Below, in pieces: positions 1-10,047 of a stretch of 64,000 nt of DNA. Location of the stretch: contig JAAETI010000355.1 of NCBI GenBank assembly GCA_024228555.1, forward strand, positions 3,602 to 67,601. The letters are read 5' to 3'. The translations under genes and the position numbers were made by a program. Each line of letters starts with the position of its first letter. Position 1 is the stretch's first letter. The notes under the pieces were generated by a model that saw only the letters and a program-made list of their open reading frames with translations, searched no databases and had not been told where the DNA came from. Origin of the DNA: a bacterium. Lineage in GTDB: Bacteria > Actinomycetota > Acidimicrobiia > Spongiisociales > UBA5794.

Positions 1-912
1 CACGTAGATGACCCGAGGATCGACATCCGAAGCGATCAGGGCACCAGCAAGCGCCAGCTGTCCTTCAATTGAGTACGTGTCTACCTCGATCGCATCCAAG
101 GCGTCTTGCAACGGTTGCAGGCTGCGTTGCAGACGGTTCTGCGCAGTTGCCGTCGCCGCAATCGCTTTTCGCACCGGGTCGAGTTCGCTGACCGGGATGT
201 GGGCAGGCGCAAAGCCCGACCAGACTCCAGCAAAGTCCCTCGGATCGTCTACCCACCAGGGGAAGCCTGAAGCGAGACCGTTGGTGTCGGAGATGCCGAC
301 GACATACGAGGCGCTTCCCAACAGTGCCTGTGACGGGCCAGGGCCAACCGAAATGCCGGCCAGGATATGCTCGTAGCCAACGGATGCGTCGAGGTAGCGT
401 CCCAGCCATCCGGTGTGATCCGGGGTGGAGGTCCCGTCCCACCATCGTCGCATGGAGACAAAGTGAGACAGGTCGGGGTTGGGGATCCCAAGACCCTCGA
501 CAATGGCGACCTGACCGCTGCTGTACCGATCGGCCACGGTGGTCAAGGCAGGGTGGAGGCCGACGTCGCCATCGAGGCGGATGGGATCTTCGATCGCCGT
601 CGTCGGCCGCAGGTCGCGATAGCGGCTGTTCAACGGAACGATGGTGGAGAGGGAGTCGTTGCCCCCGCCGAGTTCGATGACGACCAGTGTGCGGTCGGTC
701 ACAGGTACTGTTCCGCGTGGGGGCGTTGGCAGGCTCGATGGGGCCAAGGCACCAGGGGCCTGATACGCACCCGAGACGGTGTCGGCCTGCTGGTACACGC
801 TGATCCCTTGGTTGCTACACGCGGCAACCGTGACCGCCGCCCCGAGGCCGGCCAGGAATTTGCGTCTCGAGATGAGATTGCAGGCATCTTCGATTGGATT
901 GCGTTCGGTCAT
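1..912 (-). CDS. DUF1501 domain-containing protein, Tat-type lipoprotein (3' end runs off the window)
   Basis: Manual translation from ATG at 912: MTERNPIEDACNLISRRKFLAGLGAAVTVAACS (twin-Arg motif + lipobox Cys) and LVVIELGGGNDSLSTIVP motif; directly downstream of DUF1800 gene. Confidence 0.85.
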   Translation of the reverse strand, partial: MTERNPIEDACNLISRRKFLAGLGAAVTVAACSNQGISVYQQADTVSGAYQAPGALAPSSLPTPPRGTVPVTDRTLVVIELGGGNDSLSTIVPLNSRYRDLRPTTAIEDPIRLDGDVGLHPALTTVADRYSSGQVAIVEGLGIPNPDLSHFVSMRRWWDGTSTPDHTGWLGRYLDASVGYEHILAGISVGPGPSQALLGSASYVVGISDTNGLASGFPWWVDDPRDFAGVWSGFAPAHIPVSELDPVRKAIAATATAQNRLQRSLQPLQDALDAIEVDTYSIEGQLALAGALIASDVDPRVIYV

Positions 913-913
913 T

Positions 914-2173
914 TCACACCACCATGAATTCGGGGGAACCAAATGCCAGTCCCAACTGGAGCCCGGGTCGGGGGAATCGGTCGATCAACGCTCTGGTCTC
1001 GGTCGACACGTCATATACGCCGAGAGCTTCGAAGACGTCGATGGCGGCGACTTCCTCGTCGTCGAGGTTGCGGACCAGATACAGCAGCTCAAATGAACCG
1101 AGCAGCCGAGCCGGGTCGAGTAGGCCTTCACCCGACGGGAATCCCGCTGGATTCGGGGCGTGCAACGGCAGGTAGTTCAGCTTGTTCAGTATCCAGTGCA
1201 CCGAGCTTGGATCGTTATCCTCGGCGAGGGGCAGGCCCTGCAAGATGGTTGCCACCTTCTCCAAAGGGCTGCGCACTTTGGCTCTGATCGCCTCATCCGA
1301 CAGGAAGGCCGGGTCGGCGACGATCTCGCGGACCAGGGGCATGATGTCGTAGGTCTCTGCGAACTTCTTGCCGAGCCGCTGCGCAGTTGCCGGTGGTGCG
1401 TCCAGTCCGATGATCTCCTTGTAGAGCTTTGCGGCCACATGTCGCCCGGTTTCCGGCCGGTCGAGGAGGATCTCAACCACATCCGCGAGACCGAGAGTCC
1501 CGCTATTGCCGAGCAGTGTCTTGGTGCCGGTGTCGTGCCGTTCTGGGTCGAGGAGCGCAACCCAGGGCGGTGCGTAGTCATATTGGAAACCTGGCTCCTC
1601 CCAGTGGGGTTCATTGATGACCCACCCGGTCAGTGCCCTGGAGATCTCCTTGACGTCCTCTTCGGTGTAGTTACCCACGCCAAGGGTGTGCAGCTCCATG
1701 AGCTCTCGACCCAGATTCTCGTTCGGTGTCTCGGCGGTGCTCTCGATGGCGTCTAGGTACCAGAGCATGGCGGCGTCGCTGATGACCGCGCTGAGCATCG
1801 CCCGGAAGTTGCCGGTTGCATGTGCTCTGATTGTCTCGTGGTGTTTCAGCAGAATGTAGGAGTTGTCGGCTTTCTCCCCGCTGATTGCAAAGTGGTCATG
1901 CCAGAACCACACCAGCCGCTCGATCAACGGCTGTTCGCCTGAGCCGATCACATCCATCCACCACGGCATCAGGTGCTCGCCGAGGAGGGAATAGTCGACC
2001 GAGTCCCAGTCAGCTGGGGGATCTACCTGCGGTAGCTGGGCCTGGTCGAATGGCAGATCGAGCATCGCGGCGATAGCGCTTGCGGGGTCGGAGTGTTCGG
2101 CGACGAGTCGGGGGTTTGAGCCGAGACCGAGTCGACGGATCACGTGGGCGGTGCGTTCGCGTTCTGAGTACAT
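914..2173 (-). CDS. DUF1800 domain-containing protein
   Basis: ERLVWFWHDHFA, AMLWYLD, PNENLGRELMELHTLG, YTEEDV..ALTGW and C-terminal SPEF motifs; paired with DUF1501. Confidence 0.93.
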   Translation of the reverse strand: MYSERERTAHVIRRLGLGSNPRLVAEHSDPASAIAAMLDLPFDQAQLPQVDPPADWDSVDYSLLGEHLMPWWMDVIGSGEQPLIERLVWFWHDHFAISGEKADNSYILLKHHETIRAHATGNFRAMLSAVISDAAMLWYLDAIESTAETPNENLGRELMELHTLGVGNYTEEDVKEISRALTGWVINEPHWEEPGFQYDYAPPWVALLDPERHDTGTKTLLGNSGTLGLADVVEILLDRPETGRHVAAKLYKEIIGLDAPPATAQRLGKKFAETYDIMPLVREIVADPAFLSDEAIRAKVRSPLEKVATILQGLPLAEDNDPSSVHWILNKLNYLPLHAPNPAGFPSGEGLLDPARLLGSFELLYLVRNLDDEEVAAIDVFEALGVYDVSTETRALIDRFPRPGLQLGLAFGSPEFMVV

Positions 2174-2221
2174 GCGCTGAAGTTATGGAACAGCACATGA
2201 AAAGAGGATTAAGGCCTGCCT

Positions 2222-2314
2222 AGTTCGGCTTTGCCGAACTTGGCTAGCTTGCGACCTCGGCAAAGCCGAGGCCGGGGCTGGGGTGGCAAAGTGGGTTTGG
2301 CTTTGCCGAGGTCG
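2222..2314. repeat. Cluster of short TCGGC-TTT/AAA-GCCGA hairpins (REP/BIME-like)
   Basis: agttcggc-ttt-gccgaact at 2222, cctcggc-aaa-gccgagg at ~2255; gacctcggcaaagcc has its reverse complement ggctttgccgaggtc at 2299-2313. Confidence 0.6.
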
Positions 2315-2317
2315 GGG

Positions 2318-2671
2318 CTAGTAGTCGGGGCCGAGGAAATACTGCGCTGTGCCCGCCTCGCAGAGAAGGTCGAAGCTACCGGCGACCGCCTCCTGTTGAC
2401 CGTCGTTGTTGAACCATCGGGCCACGTAGCCGAACGAATCGGGTAGATCAGCCGAGCCCAAGCTCACCTGGGCCGACCCGACCTCTGCGCATAATTCGTT
2501 CTCGGGCCGGCTCTCGTCAGGGATGATGCAGACTTCGAAGTCCTCCCCGTGCCCCAGCAATTCGGAAGCGTCAACAGAGATTCTGTCGGGGCGAGGCTCG
2601 TCATAGCAATGGCCGGTGCAGCCACCTAGCAACATGACGATGATGCTCAGGAAAATGGCTTCTGTTCTCAC
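2318..2671 (-). CDS. Hypothetical lipoprotein
   Basis: From GTG 2671: VRTEAIFLSIIVMLLGGC (hydrophobic stretch + lipobox LGGC), then an acidic Cys-containing domain; start chosen by inspection. Confidence 0.55.
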   Translation of the reverse strand: MRTEAIFLSIIVMLLGGCTGHCYDEPRPDRISVDASELLGHGEDFEVCIIPDESRPENELCAEVGSAQVSLGSADLPDSFGYVARWFNNDGQQEAVAGSFDLLCEAGTAQYFLGPDY

Positions 2672-2706
2672 CTGGCTGATCGTAATGCCTGCATCCGTGC
2701 AGCCGA

Positions 2707-3939
2707 CTATCCCGGCAGCGTCAGCGTTGCGATCGCACCACCCTCGGGGCGATTCTCCAATGTGATCGTCCCGTCGTGGGTCTCCGTGATCCACTTGACG
2801 ATGGGTAGGCCGAGGCCGTGACCGCCACTGGTCGGGCCGGTATGGAACCGCTCAAAGACATGCGCAGCCACTGCGGGATCGATGCCGTCGCCGTTGTCGG
2901 TGACTATGACGGTGCTCGGGTAGACCGTCACCTTCACATCGCCACCACCGTGGTTGATGGCGTTGCGGATGAGGTTGGATATCGCCCGCCGCAAAAGTCC
3001 GGGATCGCCTTCAACAACGGTCGCGACCGCAGATACCTCGACTCCCTCGAAACGGCCTGCCAGCTCCTCCACCAGCTGGTCGAGCCGGAGCGGTTCCTTG
3101 TTGAGTTCCTCCCTATCGGCATCGAGCCTGGCGAGAAACAACATGTCATCGACCATCTGCCCGGCATCCTCGCCGAGTCGGGCGACTCGCCCCAGGGCGT
3201 CCTCCGCCGATTCGTCTCCAGCCAGGCCGCTATCGGCGACCGCTCGGATCTTGGCAACCGGGGTCCGCAGCTCGTGAGCTGCATCCGACAACAGGCGTTC
3301 CTGCTGAGCGAGAGCCTCCCCGGTAGCCCGGGTACCCCGGCCGGCCATCCAGTAGCCCGCCCAGGCCGCGGCCCCGACGAGAAACGCAGCCGCAATCCTC
3401 ACCCGGTCGGCTAGTCGGTCATGGTCGGCGTAGAAGCTGCCGCTTTCAGTGACGGCGATTGCGGCAACTCGCGGCTGGTCGTTCCCTGGATCAAGGATGG
3501 CAACACCGCGGGCGTACACCTCGGACTCGGGGCTGATATCGCCGACCCACGACATGTAGGTGCTTTCGTTGAAGAGGACTGCCTCGGCATATGAGTCCAA
3601 ATCGGCGTCGTACCAGTCCTCGACTGGTCCGGCGAGCGCATAGACCTCATCGCCGGAACGTTCGAATAGCCATGCCTGGGGCCAGCCTTCGGTGAGGTTG
3701 GTGTCGTTGACGAATCGATCGATCACTATGGAGCCGTCATCGGTGAACACAACCGAACCGGCGGTCTCTTGGGCCTTGGACAGCAACGCTTCGTTCATGT
3801 CGGACCAGCGCAGGTCGGCGTCGACCCTGACAACGACGTAGACCAGAATCCCCAGGGCGACAGCCATGGCGACCGCATACAGCACCGCGAGGCGGAGGCG
3901 GAGGCGTTGCAAATAGCGATCGGTCAGGCTCCTACTCAT
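2707..3939 (-). CDS. Sensor histidine kinase
   Basis: Two TM segments, H-box DAAHELRTP, N-box NLIRNAINH, DNGDG and GHGLGL boxes; ATG overlaps the response regulator stop. Confidence 0.93.
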   Translation of the reverse strand: MSRSLTDRYLQRLRLRLAVLYAVAMAVALGILVYVVVRVDADLRWSDMNEALLSKAQETAGSVVFTDDGSIVIDRFVNDTNLTEGWPQAWLFERSGDEVYALAGPVEDWYDADLDSYAEAVLFNESTYMSWVGDISPESEVYARGVAILDPGNDQPRVAAIAVTESGSFYADHDRLADRVRIAAAFLVGAAAWAGYWMAGRGTRATGEALAQQERLLSDAAHELRTPVAKIRAVADSGLAGDESAEDALGRVARLGEDAGQMVDDMLFLARLDADREELNKEPLRLDQLVEELAGRFEGVEVSAVATVVEGDPGLLRRAISNLIRNAINHGGGDVKVTVYPSTVIVTDNGDGIDPAVAAHVFERFHTGPTSGGHGLGLPIVKWITETHDGTITLENRPEGGAIATLTLPG

Positions 3940-4598
3940 GCGATCGCCAACTTGTAGCCCTGGCCGCGCACGGTATGGATGACACCCGGGTCGCCCAGCT
4001 TGCGGCGAAGCGATGCGATGTGGACATCGACGGTATTGGACATGGGGTCGGTCAGTTCGTCCCAGCACGTCTCGATGAGGTGGGTTCTGCTGACAACGAT
4101 TTCGGGACGTGAGGCCAGTTCGACGAGCACGGCGAGTTCCTTGGACGTCAGGGTGAGGAGGATGCCACCGCGCCGGACCTCGGCTCGAGCTTGATCGACC
4201 TCGAGGTCTCCGATGCTGAGGATCGTCGGCGTGGCGTCTGCTGAACGGCGGCAGAGTCGACGGACCCGGACGATGAGTTCCTCCATCGCAAACGGCTTGA
4301 CGAGATAGTCGTCGCCACCGGCTTCGAAGCCGTCCACCCGCTGGGCAACTGCGTCCTTGGCAGTCAGAAACAGAGCAGGGGTGGTCAACCCGCTGCTTCG
4401 CATCGACCGCACCAGGTCGATTGTGTCTCCCGACGGAACCGCACGGTCCAGCACCAGGCAGTCGTAGCGGTTGATCTCGATAGAAAGCTCGGCTTCCGGC
4501 AAGTCACCTGCGGTGTCGACGGCAAAGCCGGAGCCGCGGAGACGGCGTTCCAAAGCCCCGCTCAGCTCGACATCGTCTTCAACTACAAGCACTCGCAT
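3936..4598 (-). CDS. OmpR/PhoB-family response regulator
   Basis: MRVLVVEDD, LVLD, GGDDYLVKPF, LTSKE, VDVHIASLRRKL, TVRGQGY. Confidence 0.95.
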   Translation of the reverse strand: MRVLVVEDDVELSGALERRLRGSGFAVDTAGDLPEAELSIEINRYDCLVLDRAVPSGDTIDLVRSMRSSGLTTPALFLTAKDAVAQRVDGFEAGGDDYLVKPFAMEELIVRVRRLCRRSADATPTILSIGDLEVDQARAEVRRGGILLTLTSKELAVLVELASRPEIVVSRTHLIETCWDELTDPMSNTVDVHIASLRRKLGDPGVIHTVRGQGYKLAIA

Positions 4599-4796
4599 CT
4601 GCAGATCCTCTGGCTGCTGGCGGCGAGTGTACCTGTGGCGTGAAACGAGGTCAGAGGGTGGCTTTCGAAACTTCGGTGATGTCCCTATCCCATGCCTGCT
4701 ACCAGAAGTTTCGTTGTCCCTAGATCCTGATAGCCGAAGAAACTAAGGTGTGCGATAGAAATCGCAGAATGACCATTCACAGAACGAGGTGTTTCA

Positions 4797-5279
4797 GTGA
4801 TAATGCCTTCAGGACAGGTGAGTCTTGATGAGACTGACAAGACGATCTTGCGGCTGCTCCAGGCCAATGGCCGGGTCAGCAACGCCGAGGTCGCTCGTCA
4901 GGTCGGGCTATCGGCGCCCGCCACCCATGCTCGGGTCAAACGGCTCGAGGAGAACGGGGTGGTCCGGCAGTACTCAACGCTGCTGAATCGGGAAGCCATC
5001 GGCTACGACATGGTCTGTTTCATCAACGTCTCGCTCCAGCTGCATCAGTTCGAAGCGATTGAGCGTTTCAAGGAATTGATGCAAGACATGCCGGAAGTGT
5101 TGGAGTGCTATCACATCACAGGAGAGTTCGACTATCTGCTCAAGGCAGTGTTTCGCAATCGCGACGAACTCCAGGAATTCGTTGTGAACAAGCTGACTCC
5201 CATTCCCAGCATGGCACGTATCAATACCAGCCTGGCGCTGATCGAGATCAAGGCCACCCAGCAGCTCGCCATCAGGTAG
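4797..5279 (+). CDS. Lrp/AsnC-family transcriptional regulator
   Basis: LDETDKTILRLLQANGRVSNAEVARQVGLS..RVKRLEE HTH; VLECYHITGEFDYLLK RAM domain. Confidence 0.95.
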   Translation: MIMPSGQVSLDETDKTILRLLQANGRVSNAEVARQVGLSAPATHARVKRLEENGVVRQYSTLLNREAIGYDMVCFINVSLQLHQFEAIERFKELMQDMPEVLECYHITGEFDYLLKAVFRNRDELQEFVVNKLTPIPSMARINTSLALIEIKATQQLAIR

Positions 5280-5313
5280 TCCCTGATCGGCTGCACAGCC
5301 GAAAGGGAACTAC

Positions 5314-6726
5314 ATGAGCGAGTGCAGCGAAGGCGTTGCGGAGTACGTCGCGAAGGGTGAAGCGATGGCTGCCGCGGCGGCGAACCGGCGTGCCGTCATG
5401 CGCACCAAAAAGTTCGACACGATTGCGGTGCACGGCATCTATGACATGGAGGCTGCCGCGGCCAACCAAGGCAGCATCATCGAGCCGGGTTACCTGAGCT
5501 CTGCCGAGCACTTCGAAAACAGCGACCATATGGAAGCTGCCCTGGCCTATCTCATGCCGGCATGGGTCTACTCGCGCATCGCCAACCCAACCGTTCACTA
5601 TCTCGAGGAGACGCTTGCGCTGCTCGAAGGCTACGGCTTCGACGGTGAAGTCTCGGCGCTCGCAACTTCATCTGGGATGTCCGCGGTCTTCATGGCGACC
5701 AACCCCTTCTTGGAGGATCCCGAGCCTGGGATGAACATCGTCGTGAGTGCCCGCTGCTACGGAGGCACGTTCATGCTGTTCGGGCAGCGCTATGGCGTCG
5801 AGCGCGGCGTCGATGTGCGCTGGGTCCGGGACCCGCTTGATCTCAACGAGTGGGCAGACAAGATCGATGGCAACACCCGGTTCCTCTACGGTGAGACGCC
5901 TTCAAATCCGTCACTCAGCATTATGGACATCGAAGCGGTGGCGGCCATCGCGCATGCGGCGGATCTACCGCTGATGATCGACAGTACGGTGGCCACTCCC
6001 GCGTTGACGCGACCACTCAACCTCGGCGCCGACATCGTTGTGCACTCGACGACGAAGTCGATGACCTCGTCGGGGTTTGCGATCGGTGGTGCGGTAATCG
6101 CCAAGCACAACATCACGACGCATATCGGGCCCGACGCAATGCGCGAGAACTTCGCCATGTACGTGAAGCTGCTTCCGTTCCGTGATCACGGCCCCGGCAT
6201 CAGTCCGTTCAACGCTCTGATGACGATCAGCGATCTTCGCACACTGCGGCATCGCATGGACACCGTCAGTAACTCGTCAATGAAGGTGGCTCGTTCCCTC
6301 GAGTCCCATGACAGCGTTGACCGAGTTGCCTACCCGGGCTTGGAGTCGATGCCGGGCCATGAGATCGCCGCCCGAAATATGTGGCTTGTCGACGGTGCCG
6401 ACGATTACGGGACGGACATCAATCGCTTCGGGCACCTGCTTGCATTCGAGGTCAAGGGTGGAGCTGTGGCGGCCCGCAAGGTGTTTGACCAGTTCGAAAT
6501 GATCTGGCGTGCCACCGATCTCGGGAGGATCAAGAGCGTAGCCACCATCCCCGCCATCTCGACTCATCAGCAACAGGGTGACGAGGGACGCGATCTGGCT
6601 GCCGTGCCCTCGAACCTGATTCGCCTCAACGTTGGTGGCGAGCATCCGGACGACATCATCGCCGACCTCGACCGGGCGCTGGCGGTTCTCAACGCACGAT
6701 CGGTGGTTTCGCACAGCAGTGCATGA
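5314..6726 (+). CDS. PLP-dependent trans-sulfuration enzyme (O-acetylhomoserine sulfhydrylase/cystathionine gamma-synthase family)
   Basis: YSRIANPT, SSGMSA, YGGT, ETPSNP, DST.ATP, HSTTK (PLP Lys), IRLNVGGE..DIIADL. Confidence 0.9.
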   Translation: MSECSEGVAEYVAKGEAMAAAAANRRAVMRTKKFDTIAVHGIYDMEAAAANQGSIIEPGYLSSAEHFENSDHMEAALAYLMPAWVYSRIANPTVHYLEETLALLEGYGFDGEVSALATSSGMSAVFMATNPFLEDPEPGMNIVVSARCYGGTFMLFGQRYGVERGVDVRWVRDPLDLNEWADKIDGNTRFLYGETPSNPSLSIMDIEAVAAIAHAADLPLMIDSTVATPALTRPLNLGADIVVHSTTKSMTSSGFAIGGAVIAKHNITTHIGPDAMRENFAMYVKLLPFRDHGPGISPFNALMTISDLRTLRHRMDTVSNSSMKVARSLESHDSVDRVAYPGLESMPGHEIAARNMWLVDGADDYGTDINRFGHLLAFEVKGGAVAARKVFDQFEMIWRATDLGRIKSVATIPAISTHQQQGDEGRDLAAVPSNLIRLNVGGEHPDDIIADLDRALAVLNARSVVSHSSA

Positions 6727-6878
6727 GCGCATGGTTGGCCCGCAGCAGAAATCCTATTCGACGATGGATGGCGGATGACAGTTGGCCGTCGTAGCTTCTG
6801 GAGCTATCGGTGCAGCGTACTGAGACCCGTGAATGGGAAGATCACCCGTCTGGAAGTCCGCATTGTCGAGGCGGGGAA

Positions 6879-7319
6879 CTAACCGCCGAGCGAGTAGCGG
6901 TAGACGTTGGTCTCGCGCTGCACAAAGCCGATCCGCTTGTAGAGACGGTTGGCTACGTCGCGGCTCGGCCGTGAGGTGAGATCCACCGTCTTGGCACCTT
7001 CGCGGCGAGCTCGATCAAGGGCAGCTTCGTTGAGGGCGGCTCCGATACCTTGACCTCGCGCTTCCTCGTCGACAACCACGTCCTCGATCCATGCTCGCAT
7101 TCCCGTTGGAATACGGAACAGGGCCAGGGTCAGGCTTCCCACAATCTCGCCGCTGTCGACGTCTCGAGCGACGAACAGGACAGTCGCCGGGCTGGCAACG
7201 ATCGCAGCCAGTTGGTCGGCCCCAGGCGCAGGGCTCGACGAAGAAAGCTGTGGGGTAAGTCGTACAAAGGCGGCGACGAGTTCGTCATCGACCTCGATGA
7301 CCTCGGTGGTATGGATCAA
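6879..7319 (-). CDS. GNAT-family N-acetyltransferase
   Basis: IEDVVVDEEARGQGIG acetyl-CoA motif, ANRLYKRIGF. Confidence 0.92.
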   Translation of the reverse strand: MIHTTEVIEVDDELVAAFVRLTPQLSSSSPAPGADQLAAIVASPATVLFVARDVDSGEIVGSLTLALFRIPTGMRAWIEDVVVDEEARGQGIGAALNEAALDRARREGAKTVDLTSRPSRDVANRLYKRIGFVQRETNVYRYSLGG

Positions 7320-7352
7320 GGGACTCCTTCCAAAGTCACGGCATTGTAAGGG

Positions 7353-7589
7353 CTACTCGTCCGGCTCCGCGTTGCGAAGGCGCAGCTTGTCAAGTGTCCT
7401 GCGGGCGGCGGGAAACTCGGTGCTCAGTATGCCGAGACCGGCGAGTACGCCGATGATTCCCGGCCCAGGGGTCACCAGCATTACAACCCCGGCCGCGGTT
7501 ACGACAGAACCTGCCACGGCAACGGCGGCCTTGCGTACCGTGCCGGAAGGCTCCTCTTCAATTGGATCGTATGGCTCGGGGTTTGCCAT
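7353..7589 (-). CDS. PGPGW-domain small membrane protein
   Basis: GVVMLVTPGPG...GLGILSTEFPAARR pattern with two hydrophobic helices. Confidence 0.8.
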   Translation of the reverse strand: MANPEPYDPIEEEPSGTVRKAAVAVAGSVVTAAGVVMLVTPGPGIIGVLAGLGILSTEFPAARRTLDKLRLRNAEPDE

Positions 7590-7637
7590 TGCTCTCCGAC
7601 TCTACGTTCCCTGGCGGTTTAGTGCCCCAGAAATGGA

Positions 7638-7669
7638 AGGACCGGCCCGTGGGAGGACGGGCCGGTCCT
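7638..7669. terminator. Hairpin downstream of hsp20
   Basis: aggaccggcccgt-gggagg-acgggccggtcct, 13-bp perfect stem. Confidence 0.65.
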
Positions 7670-7700
7670 GACAGCGCATAGCTGGGAGGGGAGGGAGGGG

Positions 7701-8102
7701 CTAGCGCTGAATCTCTACCGAAACCTTGCGAGGGAGCACCTCGGGTCGTTTCGGAATGCTGATTTCGAGGATTCCATCCTTGCTGGCGGCAGTGACGGCC
7801 TCAGGATCTATCCCATCTGGGAGCAAGATCGTCCGTTCGAACGAACCCTCGAAGATCTCTCTGCGGTGATAGTTGTCTTCGGTCTCGTCGGCCGTGAAGC
7901 TGCGGGCGCCCTTGATGGTCAGGGTGCCGCCCTCGACGGTCACATTGATGCTCTCCGGTTCGATACCGGGGACCTCGGTGCGGACCACGAGGTTGTTGCC
8001 GCGGTCGAGGACATCGACACGTGGCGTCCACGTGTTGGTTGTCTCAAGGAGGCGCTCGAAGTCGCGCATTGCTGTAAAGGGATCAAATCGTACCAAGTTC
8101 AT
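7701..8102 (-). CDS. Hsp20/alpha-crystallin small heat-shock protein
   Basis: RFDPF, PRVDV, EVPGI, LTIKGAR, GSFERTILLP, A..KDGILEISIPK. Confidence 0.95.
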   Translation of the reverse strand: MNLVRFDPFTAMRDFERLLETTNTWTPRVDVLDRGNNLVVRTEVPGIEPESINVTVEGGTLTIKGARSFTADETEDNYHRREIFEGSFERTILLPDGIDPEAVTAASKDGILEISIPKRPEVLPRKVSVEIQR

Positions 8103-8140
8103 CTTTATCTCCTGTTAGAGATCTGTTTTTGATGTCTCTA

Positions 8141-8171
8141 TGTAATCTAAGTCATTCGGACTCAGATTACA
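8141..8171. promoter_or_regulatory. HAIR-like (HspR) operator upstream of hsp20
   Basis: Inverted repeat tgtaatctaagtc-attcg-gactcagattaca (12/13 arm match); minus strand TCTGAGT-N7-ACTTAGA resembles CTTGAGT-N7-ACTCAAG. Confidence 0.75.
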
Positions 8172-8304
8172 AGTAAGAATTGACTAAGAAATACCCTCGG
8201 ATTCCGACCGACGCCGACGTCGCATGCGCAAATGGACCGCAAAAGTATCGTCCTGCAGCCGGATCAGAGAGGTCTTGAGTGCAGGCGAGCATTAGGGTGA
8301 TCAG

Positions 8305-9093
8305 ATGAAGAGCATCCTCATAACGAACGATGACGGCATCGGTGCCCCCGCTTTGACACCGCTGGCCACTGCAATGGGACAGATCGCCACGGTTGCAGTT
8401 GCAGCCCCAGATGGCGAACGCAGCTGGATCGGCAAGGCAATCTCCAAGGCCGCCGAAGTCAATGCCGTCCCCGTCGTCCGCGACGGAATCGAGATGTGGT
8501 CGGTGGCCGGCTTCCCCGCAGATTGCGTCCATGTGGGCTCGTTCGGAGTGCTGCCGGCTCCGCCGGACCTCGTCGTCTCGGGAATCAACATCGGAGCCAA
8601 CAAAGGAAGTGCCTTTGCTACGGGGAGCGGGACGTTGGGCGCTGCCGTCGAGGCCAGCAACATCGGCATTGGGGGGATTGCGTTTTCGGCGATGTCGCAG
8701 GGGGAATGGCACGAGTGGGTGGAGTGGGTGTACACACCCGAAGCGCTCGAGATGTGGACCAGATTGGCCGAGGTTGCCGCCGACATTGTTGCGACCGTTC
8801 TTGACGTCGGCTTTCCCGACGGCGTCGATGCACTGTCGGTGAACCTGCCCGCCGATGCGACGTTGGATACGGGGCGTGTTGTCACCGGTCTTGCCAGGAC
8901 GAAGTACGGCGCCCTGTTTGCCGGTTCGAACGGCAGCTATCGGCACGCCTTCGACGGCATCCTTCGGATCGAAGAGGACATCGCAGGATCTGACCTGGCT
9001 GCACTCGATGACGGTCTGGTGTCGATCACGCCGATAAGGATGGCGAACGCCGTTGCTTTGGACAATGGACTCAAAGGCCGGCTGGAGCGGTAG
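8305..9093 (+). CDS. surE: 5'/3'-nucleotidase SurE
   Basis: ILITNDDG, VAAP..ERSW, G.PADCV, PDLVVSGINIGAN, SGTLGAA.E, SVNLP, SITP. Confidence 0.92.
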   Translation: MKSILITNDDGIGAPALTPLATAMGQIATVAVAAPDGERSWIGKAISKAAEVNAVPVVRDGIEMWSVAGFPADCVHVGSFGVLPAPPDLVVSGINIGANKGSAFATGSGTLGAAVEASNIGIGGIAFSAMSQGEWHEWVEWVYTPEALEMWTRLAEVAADIVATVLDVGFPDGVDALSVNLPADATLDTGRVVTGLARTKYGALFAGSNGSYRHAFDGILRIEEDIAGSDLAALDDGLVSITPIRMANAVALDNGLKGRLER

Positions 9094-10045
9094 AGCATCC
9101 TTCGATACGGTCAAAGCTGTCGGTGACCGCGTCCGCCAGAGCGGCTCGCTGTCGCCACAGCAGGGTGGCGTGTCCGCCGCTCTGCCATCTGAGTTCCGAA
9201 CCGGCCCAATGTTGATGTAGGTGTTCTACGGCCGAAGTCGGGATGAATCCATCTCGGCGGGCGGCCACCATGACCGCAGCATCGGACCAACTGGGAACGG
9301 GCAGGCGAAGTACCGACGCCGCGGTCAGCACCTCCCGGAGACGTTGCTCTTGCCGTCTCCCGCCGAGAGCCTGCCACTGGATACCGTTGCTGATGACACC
9401 GTCCAGGAAGACCGGACCCGGCGCATGCGATGCCGCCAATGGTGCCATTGCGACGGGGAATCCCGCTGCCGCACCAACGAGGGCTCCGATGTTCCCTCCC
9501 ATGGAATACCCGGACACCCCCATCTGGTAGTCCATGCGGAAGTGGGCGAGGAGAGCGCGCCCTTCAGTGATGGCGCCGAGGCCCATGCGGGCGAAGTCGG
9601 CGACCGTCTGGATCGGCTGGTCGTCTGGTCCGACCATGCGCCTACTTCCGTAGTACGGAATCTCGAGTATCAGGCTTCCGACACCACGTTTGAGTAGTTC
9701 CTCGGACAGCTGCTGGCGAGTGTTGTAGCCATGGTCGTTCCATGCGGCCATCAGTAGGCACAATCGGGTGCTCCTCGGAGCCGGCTCGATGATCCGGATG
9801 GTTGCGGTGCGGGCGGTAGTTGGGACATCTGTGATCGCGGGGAATCGGCCGTCGCGAACGGTTCTATCGGCCAGATGTTTGGTCGGTCCCCAAGAGATCT
9901 CGAGTGAAGGTGGCGCGGCTTGCAGGGTCGCGAGATCATTCAACTGGGCTACGTACTTCTCGTCACCCCAGCCGCCGGGGAAGACCCGCAGCCGCTCCGG
10001 TCCGCGCTTGATCATCACCGCGGCAACGCGGTCGATGGGGTGCAT
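9071..10045 (-). CDS. Alpha/beta hydrolase (ABHD18/DUF2048-like)
   Basis: LEIPYYGSR, GYSMGG nucleophile elbow, DGFIP, LRWQSGGH. Confidence 0.8.
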   Translation of the reverse strand: MHPIDRVAAVMIKRGPERLRVFPGGWGDEKYVAQLNDLATLQAAPPSLEISWGPTKHLADRTVRDGRFPAITDVPTTARTATIRIIEPAPRSTRLCLLMAAWNDHGYNTRQQLSEELLKRGVGSLILEIPYYGSRRMVGPDDQPIQTVADFARMGLGAITEGRALLAHFRMDYQMGVSGYSMGGNIGALVGAAAGFPVAMAPLAASHAPGPVFLDGVISNGIQWQALGGRRQEQRLREVLTAASVLRLPVPSWSDAAVMVAARRDGFIPTSAVEHLHQHWAGSELRWQSGGHATLLWRQRAALADAVTDSFDRIEGCSTAPAGL

Positions 10046-10047
10046 AC

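Noticed and set aside
6730-6882. Possible gene remnant ending NGKITRLEVRIVEAGN*
   Set aside because: Too short and disrupted to assign
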